Under the pieces are notes generated by a model, which searched no databases, had not been told where the DNA came from, and saw only the letters and a program-made list of their open reading frames with translations. A stretch of 63,838 bases of DNA, counting the filler, from Reclinomonas americana ATCC 50394 (lineage: Eukaryota): assembly GCA_048213135.1 (NCBI GenBank). It is 15 parts of 15 records of this genome, joined end to end, with 100 filler letters (N's around TTAATTAATTAA, not from the genome) between each part and the next. Parts side by side here need not be neighbours in the genome. Positions count along the whole stretch, not along the records: positions 29,178 to 42,967 come from AFZH01018616.1; positions 43,068 to 45,897 come from AFZH01018618.1; positions 45,998 to 48,182 come from AFZH01018619.1; 12 more parts are not named here. One strand, given 5' to 3'. How positions within the stretch are numbered: position 1 is the first letter of the stretch; each line of letters starts with the position of its first letter. Of this stretch, positions 37,185 through 46,469 are shown piece after piece. A program made the position numbers and the translations under genes.

Positions 37185-38273
37185 ATGTCATCCGCCTCTC
37201 CCCTTCACTCTTGCACTCTGCTGGAGGGTCACGCTCAGGAGGTGCGGTCTGTCGCCGTGACTCCCAACGGAGAGTACATTATCAGCGGAGGTGATGACGC
37301 AACAGTGCGTCTGTGGTCACTGGTGAGCGGGAAAGAAGTGCGACGATTGGAGGGACACGCTAGCGGCGTGTGGTCAGTCGCCGTCACTCCCGACAGCCAG
37401 CGCATTGTGATGGGGTGCGTTGACAAGACCATTCGCGTGTGGTCACTAACGAGCGGAGAAGAAGTGCGACGGTTGGTGGGACACGCTGCTTTGGTGTCAT
37501 CTGTGGCCGTCACTCCCAACGGTCAGCACGTCGTGAGTGGGAGCTTTGACAACACAGTGTGTGTGTGGTCGCTGGCGACGGGCGAAGAGGTGCGACAGGT
37601 GAAGCCTAATGTGTACACGTTTCGCTTTCTTGTGTTGTCTGTCACCGTCACTCCTAATGGACGGTACATTGTGAGCGGAAGTGCTGACAAGATGGTGCGT
37701 GTGTGGTCGCTGGCGAGTGGCAGGCAAGTGCAGCAGCTGGAAGGACACGCGGAATCGGTGAACTCTGTCGCCGTCACTCCCAACGGGCAGTACGTGGTCA
37801 GTGGGAGTCACGATACAACAGTGCGAGTGTGGTCGCTGGCGAGTGGCGCAGAGGTGCGACGGTTGGAGGGGCATACTGGGTGGGTGACTTCTGTCGCCGT
37901 CACTCCCGATGGTTTGCATGTGGTGAGTGGCGGCAACGACAACGCCATACGAATGTGGTCACTGGCGAGCGGCGAGGAGGTGCGCCGGTTTGATGGAACA
38001 GTCAGCTCCATCGCCATTACACCCGATGGTCAGGGCATTGTAAGCGGCGCCGGTCGCGACAAGTCCGTGCGAGTGTGGCATTCACCGTACGCCTTGGTCC
38101 GTCGCGAGCTGGACGCTGCACGACTGGCCATGCAGGCGGTGCGGGAGGTGGTGCCACACGAAGAAGACGTGGATCAGCGGTGCTTGCCGGAGCTGGTACT
38201 GCGGTGCTTCATTGTGGAGGATGCAGCTGTCCTGCTGTTCCGCTGCAGCATGGACTCTGATATGCGCTGGTAA
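37185..38273 (+). CDS. WD40 array copy 9
   Basis: MSSASPLHSCTLLEGH, 7 repeats, conserved tail. Confidence 0.9.
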   Translation: MSSASPLHSCTLLEGHAQEVRSVAVTPNGEYIISGGDDATVRLWSLVSGKEVRRLEGHASGVWSVAVTPDSQRIVMGCVDKTIRVWSLTSGEEVRRLVGHAALVSSVAVTPNGQHVVSGSFDNTVCVWSLATGEEVRQVKPNVYTFRFLVLSVTVTPNGRYIVSGSADKMVRVWSLASGRQVQQLEGHAESVNSVAVTPNGQYVVSGSHDTTVRVWSLASGAEVRRLEGHTGWVTSVAVTPDGLHVVSGGNDNAIRMWSLASGEEVRRFDGTVSSIAITPDGQGIVSGAGRDKSVRVWHSPYALVRRELDAARLAMQAVREVVPHEEDVDQRCLPELVLRCFIVEDAAVLLFRCSMDSDMRW

Positions 38274-38422
38274 TGAAGAAAGAGAGCATGTAGATAACTG
38301 AATGCTAGGTTCTCTTCTTGCGTTCCCGTACGCGACGGCAGTGCAGCAACTTCGACCTCGCAGAGTCCGTCCCACAACGCTTCTCGCACCGACTCGGCAC
38401 GCCTCTCGTCCCTCTCGCTCTC

Positions 38423-39520
38423 ATGTCATCCGCCACTCCCCTTCACCACTGCAGTCTCCTGGAGGGCCACACTCGCGACGTGCGGTCTGTCGCCATCACT
38501 CCCAACGGAGAGTACATTATCAGCGGTAGTGCTGACGAAACAGTACGTGTGTGGTCACTGGCGAGTGGCGAAGAAGTGCAACGCCTGGTGGGTCACACTC
38601 TGGAGGTGCGTTGCGTCGCCATCACTCCCGACAGTCAGCAAGTGGTGAGTGTGAGCAATGACTCGACGGTACGAGTGTGGTCGCTGGCGAGTGGCGAGGA
38701 AGTGCGACGACGCGGCGGGTGGGTGACGTCAGTTGCCGTCACTCCCGACGGTCAGCACGTGGTGGGTGGGTGCGTTGACAGGAACGTGCGAGTGTGGTCG
38801 TTGGCGACGGGAGAGGAGGTGCGGCGGTACACTGTGCGACGGATTGACTTCCAGGTGCTTTGTGTTACCGGCACCCCTGACGGGCAACACGTTGTCAGCG
38901 GGGGTGCTGACAACATGGTGCGAGTGTGGTCACTGGCGAGTGGCGGGCAAGTGCAGCAGCTGGAGGGACACGCGGGATGGGTGCATTCTGTCGCTGTAAC
39001 TCCCGACGGTCAGCATGTGGTGAGCGGGAGTTATGACAAGACAGTGCGAGTGTGGTCACTGGCGAGTGGACAAGAGGTGCGTCGGCTGGAGGGACACCAC
39101 TCCTGCGTGTGGTGTGTCGCCATCAGCCTCGACGGCCAGCACGTTGTCAGCGGAGGCGACGATCAGATCGTGCGGATGTGGTCGCTGGCGAGCGGAGAGG
39201 AGGTGCGGCGATTTGAGGGGCACGGAGGAAGAGTCAACACGGTTGCTGTCTCGCCGGATGTTCAGCATGTGGTGAGTGGCGGGCACGGCGCGACTGTGCG
39301 GGTGTGGTCTTCGCCTCTCGGTGTTGCCCGTCGCGAGCTCGATTGTGCGCGGCAGGCCATGCAGGCGGTGCGGGAGGCAATGCAGGAAGACGAAGGAAGA
39401 GAAGAAGAGGGAGAGGGGGATCCGCGGTGCTTGCCGGAGTTGGTGCTGCGGTGTTTCATTGTGGAGGATGCAGCTGGCCTGGTGTTCCGATGCAGCATGG
39501 ACCCTGATATGCGCTGGTAA
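38423..39520 (+). CDS. WD40 array copy 10
   Basis: MSSATPLHHCSLLEGH, 7 repeats, conserved tail. Confidence 0.9.
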   Translation: MSSATPLHHCSLLEGHTRDVRSVAITPNGEYIISGSADETVRVWSLASGEEVQRLVGHTLEVRCVAITPDSQQVVSVSNDSTVRVWSLASGEEVRRRGGWVTSVAVTPDGQHVVGGCVDRNVRVWSLATGEEVRRYTVRRIDFQVLCVTGTPDGQHVVSGGADNMVRVWSLASGGQVQQLEGHAGWVHSVAVTPDGQHVVSGSYDKTVRVWSLASGQEVRRLEGHHSCVWCVAISLDGQHVVSGGDDQIVRMWSLASGEEVRRFEGHGGRVNTVAVSPDVQHVVSGGHGATVRVWSSPLGVARRELDCARQAMQAVREAMQEDEGREEEGEGDPRCLPELVLRCFIVEDAAGLVFRCSMDPDMRW

Positions 39521-39674
39521 TGAAGAAAGAGAGCATGTAGATAAATGGTCACAACGTTGCAGGGTTCCCTACTGCAGAGCAGCAACTTCGATCCGCAGTC
39601 CGTCCCATACAGTTCTTCGCGCACTCACGCGCCATCGTGCCTTCCTTTCTCTCTACTCCATTCCTCTCGCGCAC

Positions 39675-40748
39675 ATGTCATCCGCCTCTCCCCTTCACTC
39701 TTGCAGTCACCTGAAAGGACACACCGACAGCGTTCTCTGTGTCGCCGTCACTCCCGACGGTCTCCAAGTGGTGAGCGGCAGCAAGGACAAGACTGTGCGT
39801 GTGTGGTCACTGGCAAGTGGACAAGAGATGCACCGGCTGGAGGGTCACACGAACTGGGTGCGTTGCGTCACCGTCACTCCCGATGGACAACACGGTGTGA
39901 GTGGCGGTGATGACAAGTCAGTGCGTGTGTGGTCACTGGCGACTGGAGAGGAAGTGCGACTGCTAAATGGACACACTGACTGGGTGTACGCTGTCGCTGT
40001 TACCCCCGATGGTCAGCATGTCGTGAGTGGAAATGGCGACCGAACGATCCGAGTGTGGTCACTCGCGTGTGGAAGAGAAGCGCGACGGTTGGAGGGGCAC
40101 ACCGCCGCTGTGTATTGTGTCGCCGTCACACCCGATGGCCTGCACGTTGTGAGCGGGAGTCAGGACTCGACAGTGCGCGTGTGGTCACTGGCGAGTGGAG
40201 AGCAAGTGCGACGGCTGGAGGGACATTCGTCACTGGTGCGGTCAGTTGCCGTCCCTCCCGACGGTCTGCATGTGGTGAGCGGGAGCTGGGACAAGACTGT
40301 GCGAGTGTGGTCGCTGGCGAGTGGAGAAGAAGTGCGACGGATGCAGGGGGACTTTGATTGGGTGAGCTCTGTCGGCATCACCCACTATGGTCAGCAAGTC
40401 GTAAGCGGAGTTGACAGTAGGACCGTGCGGATGTGGTCGCTGGCGAGCGGAGAGGAGGTGCGGCGATTTGAAGGTGGTGCCAATGCTGTGGCTGTCACTC
40501 CCGATGGTCAGCGCATTGTAAGTGGCTGTCACGACAAGACAGTGCGGGTGTGGACTTCGCCCCTCGGTGTTGCCCGTCGCGAGCTCGATTGTGCACGACA
40601 GGCCATGCAGGTAGTGCAGGAGATGGTGCAGGAAGAAGAAGAAGAGGATCCGCGATGCCTGCCGGAGCTGGTGCTGCGGTGTTTCATTGTGGAGGAGGCT
40701 GAGGTGGTGCTCTTTCGCTGCAGCATGGATCCCGAAATGCGTTGGTGA
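39675..40748 (+). CDS. WD40 array copy 11
   Basis: MSSASPLHSCSHLKGH, 7 repeats, conserved tail. Confidence 0.9.
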   Translation: MSSASPLHSCSHLKGHTDSVLCVAVTPDGLQVVSGSKDKTVRVWSLASGQEMHRLEGHTNWVRCVTVTPDGQHGVSGGDDKSVRVWSLATGEEVRLLNGHTDWVYAVAVTPDGQHVVSGNGDRTIRVWSLACGREARRLEGHTAAVYCVAVTPDGLHVVSGSQDSTVRVWSLASGEQVRRLEGHSSLVRSVAVPPDGLHVVSGSWDKTVRVWSLASGEEVRRMQGDFDWVSSVGITHYGQQVVSGVDSRTVRMWSLASGEEVRRFEGGANAVAVTPDGQRIVSGCHDKTVRVWTSPLGVARRELDCARQAMQVVQEMVQEEEEEDPRCLPELVLRCFIVEEAEVVLFRCSMDPEMRW

Positions 40749-40940
40749 CGCGCGAAAGGGAGAGAAGAGCATGAGGTAGTAAATGGCACTGGGAGTGCCC
40801 TAGCTTTGCGAGTTCTGTCTCCAACAGAATGTGCAGATATGATATGAGAGGCAACGTCGAGAGACAGTCAATTGATAAATCGTGTCCCTCGCTCCCACAC
40901 TCGCCTCCCTTGCTCTCTTCTCCTTCTCCCTCTCCCTGTC

Positions 40941-42011
40941 ATGTCATCCGCCTCTCCCCTTCACACCTGCACTCTGCTGGAGGGTCACACCGACAGCGTT
41001 CGCTGTGTCGCCATCACCCCCGACGGTCAGCACTGTGTCAGCGGCAGCATCGACACTGTGTGTGTGTGGTCACTGGCGAGTGGCGAGGAGGTGCGACGAC
41101 TGGAGGGGCGCTTTGACGCGGTGACCTCTCTCGCCATCACTCCCGACAGTCAGCACGTTGTGATGGGGTGCGGTGACGCGACCATTCGCGTGTGGTCACT
41201 GGCCAGTGGAGAAGAAGTGCGACGACTGGAGGGACACACTGCTGTGGTGTTATCTGTGGTTATCACTCCCGACGGCCTCCGCGTTGTAAGTGGGAGTGCT
41301 GACAAGAGTGCGCGCGTGTGGTCACTGGCGACGGGCAAAGAGGTGCGACAGCTGCAGCGAAGTGTATACTCGTTTCTTTTTCTTGTGTTGTCGGTGGCTG
41401 CAGCTCCCGATAATGAGCACTGTGTGAGTGGAAGTGCTGATAAGATGGTGCGATTGTGGTCGCTGGCGAGCGGTGGGGAAGTTCGATGGATGGAAGGGCA
41501 CGCGGGATCGGTGAACTCTGTCGCCGTCACTCCCGACGGTCAGCATGTGGTGAGCGGGAGTCACGATGCGACAGTGCGAGTGTGGTCACTGGCGAGTGGC
41601 GCAGAGGTGCGACGGTTGGAGGGGCATACTGGGTGGGTGACTTCTGTCGCCGTCACTCCCGATGGTTTGCATGTGTTGAGTGGCGGCCATGACAAGACCA
41701 TACGAATGTGGTCGCTGGCAAGTGGCGAGGAGGTGCGCCGCTTTGATGGAACAGTCAGCTCCATCGCCATTACACCCGATGGTCAGCGCATTGTGAGCGG
41801 CACCGGTGGCGACAATGCAGTGCGGGTATTGTCGTCGCCATACGCCTTGGCCCGTCGCGAACTTGATAGTGCGCGGCAGGCCATGCGGGCGGTGCAGGAA
41901 GAAGAAGAAGATCCACGTTGCTTGCCGGAGGTCGTGCTGCGGTGCTTCATCGTGGAGGAGGCTGAGGTGCTGCTTTTCCGGTGCAGTATGGATCCCGACT
42001 TGCGTTGGTGA
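40941..42011 (+). CDS. WD40 array copy 12
   Basis: MSSASPLHTCTLLEGH, 7 repeats. Blades 5-7 are nearly identical to copy 9. Confidence 0.9.
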   Translation: MSSASPLHTCTLLEGHTDSVRCVAITPDGQHCVSGSIDTVCVWSLASGEEVRRLEGRFDAVTSLAITPDSQHVVMGCGDATIRVWSLASGEEVRRLEGHTAVVLSVVITPDGLRVVSGSADKSARVWSLATGKEVRQLQRSVYSFLFLVLSVAAAPDNEHCVSGSADKMVRLWSLASGGEVRWMEGHAGSVNSVAVTPDGQHVVSGSHDATVRVWSLASGAEVRRLEGHTGWVTSVAVTPDGLHVLSGGHDKTIRMWSLASGEEVRRFDGTVSSIAITPDGQRIVSGTGGDNAVRVLSSPYALARRELDSARQAMRAVQEEEEDPRCLPEVVLRCFIVEEAEVLLFRCSMDPDLRW

Positions 42012-42234
42012 GGAAGAAATGAACGCCGCAAGAGTTGCATCCTCGCTTTCCTCGTTGCCACGGCAAGTAGACAGGCACACACACACATGAGCGCAGCGGA
42101 TAAGAGGATGAGGAGCGTGCCGCCGGCACCGTGCGCGCGTCCGTTCATGTTCTTGACATGCCATGCTCTCCAAACCCTCCCCGACCACCTCTTGCCATCT
42201 CTTTTCACTCCTCACACGGAACTCGCGACGAATA

Positions 42235-42858
42235 TCATCGCGTGGACAACACCGGCAGACCCTGTAGCAGCATGCGCTGCAGCATTCGCTTCTCACGATC
42301 ACGCATCCTCTCAAAGTGCAAATCGCCCTCGCCCTGGTCAACCCACAACTCCTCCGGCGTGAAAGCCACATTGTCGCCCTCAGCCGACCAGTGCCGTTCG
42401 CACTCCACTCGCAGATTGCGCCCGTGCTCGCTGCACTGGCGACACAACTCGGCCCAGCGGTCCTTTAGTGACACTTGGGTGCGATGACTCGGGAACTTGA
42501 ACATGCGAAGGATGCGAACCCACGCCGCCCCGAACCGTCGATAGCCCTCCATGATCCAGCGGTCCTGAGTGTAGCGTTGAGACCACGGGGGCGAAGCGCA
42601 CACAGACACAATTGCGCTTCAGTTCAGTCATACCTCTTCGGCAGCAAACTCACGCTTGCCGCGGGATGGAGATGCGGCCACAGTGGTGGTGGTGGTGGAC
42701 AACGACGACGACGACAATGACGGCGCCGGAGATGACACGGACAGTGGCGACGCGCTGGATCTCCTGCCTGCCACCGCCTTCGAGCTGGCTGTCGGCGACG
42801 GCGACAGAGACGATGGGGCTACTGTCGGCACGGCGCGTGACGAATGGCTGCTGTGAAG
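42235..42858 (-). CDS. C-terminal exons of a telobox-type Myb protein (TRF/TRB-like telomere-repeat-binding domain)
   Basis: Splicing out a 69-nt phase-0 intron (42633->42565, GTATGA..CAG) gives KREFAAEE|DRWIMEGYRRFGAAWVRILRMFKFPSHRTQVSLKDRW. This matches the TRF telobox pattern G.RKYG..W..IL....F..RT.V.LKDRW. The exact stop is uncertain. Confidence 0.85.
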
Positions 42859-42882
42859 GGAGGAACAGCGGCAGTCAATGGC

Positions 42883-42930
<48 letters not shown>

Positions 42931-43609
42931 AGAGACGAAGGAGGACGAAAGAGAACGAAACGAGGGANNNNNNNNNNNNNNNNNNNNNNNNNNNNNNNNN
43001 NNNNNNNNNNNTTAATTAATTAANNNNNNNNNNNNNNNNNNNNNNNNNNNNNNNNNNNNNNNNNNNNGAAGGGAAGGGAAGGAAAAGGGACATGGGAAAG
43101 CGAATGAATGGGCAAGGGAAGGAAGAGACGTGGGAGACGTGGGAGGTCAATGGGGGAGGATGAGGTAATGAACAACAATGATAAGAATATGAAACAGAAA
43201 GAAGAAGGAGAAAGGCAGGAAGAAGAAGAGGAGGAGGAAAAGGAGGGGAGGAAGAGGAAAGGGAGGAAGAGGAAAGGGAGGAAGAGGAGGAGGGTATAAA
43301 ACAACGATGGTAAGAACAAAACAAGAACAAGAAAAGCAGGAAGAAGAAGAATAAGAAGAAGAGGAGGAGAAGAAGAAGAAAGGGGACAGCAGCACGGCAT
43401 GTCATGTGTGCACGAGTAAGACGCAACGCCATTGATTCGCTCAGATCGGACGCGAGTTTGCTGCCCAGAGATAGGTGAGTGACTCAGCAGCGAGTGAAAT
43501 CGCTGCTCACAACTCACAGACTCACCGCAGAGACAGTTGCACTATTATCGTGATTCAAAAGAAAATGTGTGAGCACAGCACAACCAACGCAGTGAAATCA
43601 AAGCGACTC

Positions 43610-46469
43610 CCTACCAAGTGACACCGGGCGCGGAATTCGCTCCTCAGGTCCGAGTTTGTCCAGCCGCTGAGCAGCAGCGTGAGACTGACACTCTCACAGC
43701 ATCACCCGCAGCCGACCAAGACTCACCGTAGAGCAGTCACGCACACACTGCAGATGCGACGCGCAAGCATCAGAAAGCTCTTGACTCAACGCAAATACGG
43801 CGTCTCTTGGCGAACTGACGACCTGCACCATCGCCAGCAAGCGCGAATCTGTCAGTCTCACGACGACAAAGGGCGGATCGGCATGTGCCACGCGAACCAG
43901 TCGGATTTTGCGCACAAGGGTGTCCGACGATGTCAGCACGCGACGCATCGCAATGGAAAGTTGCGTGAGGGCCTCGTCCTTGTCGGCGCAGGGTTGGCAG
44001 GGGGCGCGCCCGGCGGCGAACTTGCTGACTCGCTGGAGGGGGGGGGGGGGGAGTGGGAAAAGAGGTTACAAGCGGAGACGGGAAAGGAAACGAGGAATAG
44101 GAGAGGAGGAAAGCAAGAAAACGAAGGGGAGAGAAAATGGTGAGAAGTTGGGAAGAAGAAGCGGTGACAGTCGGGACGGAAACGAGGGGAACAGGAAGGA
44201 AGGGTTGAAGAAGGGACGAGAATAGGCGAGGAAAGCAGGGAAGACGATGAAGGGGGAGAGATAAGACGATAATAGGGGGGAATGACGGGAAGAGAGCAGA
44301 GAATAGAAGGAAAGAAGGGATGGAAACAAATGGAGTGAAAAGGGGACGAGAATGGAAGGGGGAAGAAAGAGAGGAAGAGACAGCAAGGTGGGAGGAAGAA
44401 AAGAATGACAACTTTCACAATCCAACCAGCAAAGTGATTTCGATGAACTTACCAGCAAGCCTACATGCAAGTTTCCGCTGCAGGCCAACTCAAAGAGCAC
44501 GTCAGCTGCACTGCTGATGAGAGAGCGCAGCGACGGAAACGTGTTGAGCGACATGTTGCCAGTGGCGATGATCTGCGGCCACGTGCGTCAATCACAAGTG
44601 AGTGTTGGTACGAAGGTGATGGATGGCACCTCTTCGAGCTGCTTGCGCACGGCCTCATCGGCCTCTTGGTGTTCAGCGGTAATGTGGGGATCCTGGGGGG
44701 AGACACGCGAATCAGATCTTGTGGCACACTCGCCAAAACACACGCGAAGAACGCACGATTTTGAAGTGTTGCTCCAAGAGGGCGGCCGGCGTGTCTCTCT
44801 TGCGCAGTGTAGCGTCGTCGGGGAATCGGAGGGCGTGGAGAACGATCTGTGGTGTGAAACATGGGCGTTGATGAGGAGCGAGAAGGTGGTGCGTCAACCA
44901 ACATGTGATTCCTTCTTCTCAACTTCTGCAATGCACCCTTCAGATTCGTTCTCTGTGAGTCTAGCGAAGAGAAACGCAGAGAGAGAGAGAGAGAGAGAGA
45001 GAAGAAGAAAGGCAAGACAACTCTGCGACGTTGTCACGGCTCAATGCTGACAACTGAAGAGGGAAGGAGGCGAGAGAGTGAGAGAGACAGAGATAGAAGA
45101 TAGTCTCCACCACTACCTCTGCAGGCAGCAAACCAAATCATTGAACTCTTCCTCCCCTCACTCGCATTACGAAAAACCTCAAATACGTTCTTATCCCAGA
45201 CTCTCCGAGTCAACCAAATATCATCATTCTCTGTACCCCTTTCCCCAAACCCCCGCACGCAACATGCGCCCGCCACAGCCTGTCGATGGCAATAATGCGT
45301 TGCGCCACAGGACTGCTCTCCGGCACGTCGGCAAACAGGAAACCCAGATCGACTTGGAAGCGGGCCAGCGACTGGAACGTGCACAGGGGCTTGCCATTCG
45401 CATCGACATCCTCGTCGTTGATGGCGGTCAGCGCCGCGTCCTCGTCGAGCGTGTTGGCCGGCGGAGCAGCGGGTGGCTGGAGGGACAGGTGGGAGGTGAG
45501 TGGGGTGGGGGGAAGGTGTTAGCTAAATCAACAGGTCATACCGGGTGGAGAACGCGTCGGAAACAGGCCACGAATGAACGGTGCGCGATCTTGCAGCGTG
45601 TGGAGAACGGGGCGGCCTGGAGGGGAAATGCAAAGGGAAGAGATGGGAAGATGTGAAGGGAAGAGCGCATATCGTGAGAGCGAGAAGAGAGAGCGACGTG
45701 ATCCGATTTCGACGTACCCAGTCACCGCCACGAGCAGCCACCACGGGCACGAGTCCTGCATGGGAAAAACGAGGGGTGAGACAGAGTGCAGAATCATGGG
45801 AGTGGGGAAGGGTGGAGAGAGAGAGAGAGAGGGAGGGGGAAGAAAGAGAGAAGAAGAAGTACGGGAGGAAGGGAGCGTAGGGAAGAAAGGAAAAGGGNNN
45901 NNNNNNNNNNNNNNNNNNNNNNNNNNNNNNNNNNNNNNNNNTTAATTAATTAANNNNNNNNNNNNNNNNNNNNNNNNNNNNNNNNNNNNNNNNNNNNAGT
46001 GCTGGAGAGAGAAAGAGAGAAAGAGAGAGAGAAAGAGAGTTAGAGACAAGGAAGAATGCACGCACTTCCTCACACGAGTGAGATTCCCTCTCTCCCTCTC
46101 CCTCCCCTCATTCACACACCAACAACACTCACCATCCAACACCACTCCCGGCAACAACTCCTCCCGCGCTCCCGCCTCCGCATCCCGCATACACACATCA
46201 CCACCATCACCACTCGCACCACTCATCATCATCATCAACGCAGAATACGACGAATACGACGACTGCTGCATTGCTCCCTTGCCGCGCATCGCTCGCACCC
46301 GCGCCTGCTCATATCGCAACTCGGCATCGTATAGCACCTCAATCGCCGCAAGAACCTCATCCGGACAGCTCACTGCGTCGCTGTCAAAGTCTTCCAAGTC
46401 GTCCTCGTCTTCGAATTCCTCTTCTAGTTCTTGATCGTTGAGGTCTGCTGCTTCTTCGTGCGTCGACAT
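43610..46469 (-). CDS. Probable upstream exons of the telobox gene (acidic exon 1 at 46469-46133 plus short internal exons)
   Basis: Exon MSTHEEAADLNDQELEEEFEDEDDLEDFDSDAVSCPDEVLAAIEVLYDAELRYEQARV...LPGVVLD ends at a GTGAGT donor (46132). Further minus-strand coding-like blocks lie at ~45.5-45.3, 44.9-44.45 and 44.0-43.6 kb. Linkage crosses two gaps, so it is inferred. Confidence 0.5.

Noticed and set aside
27428..42011. Diversity-generating retroelement or transposon-driven diversification of the array
   Set aside because: No reverse transcriptase, transposase or recombinase ORF in the window, and no template/variable repeat pair with adenine-specific differences was evident.
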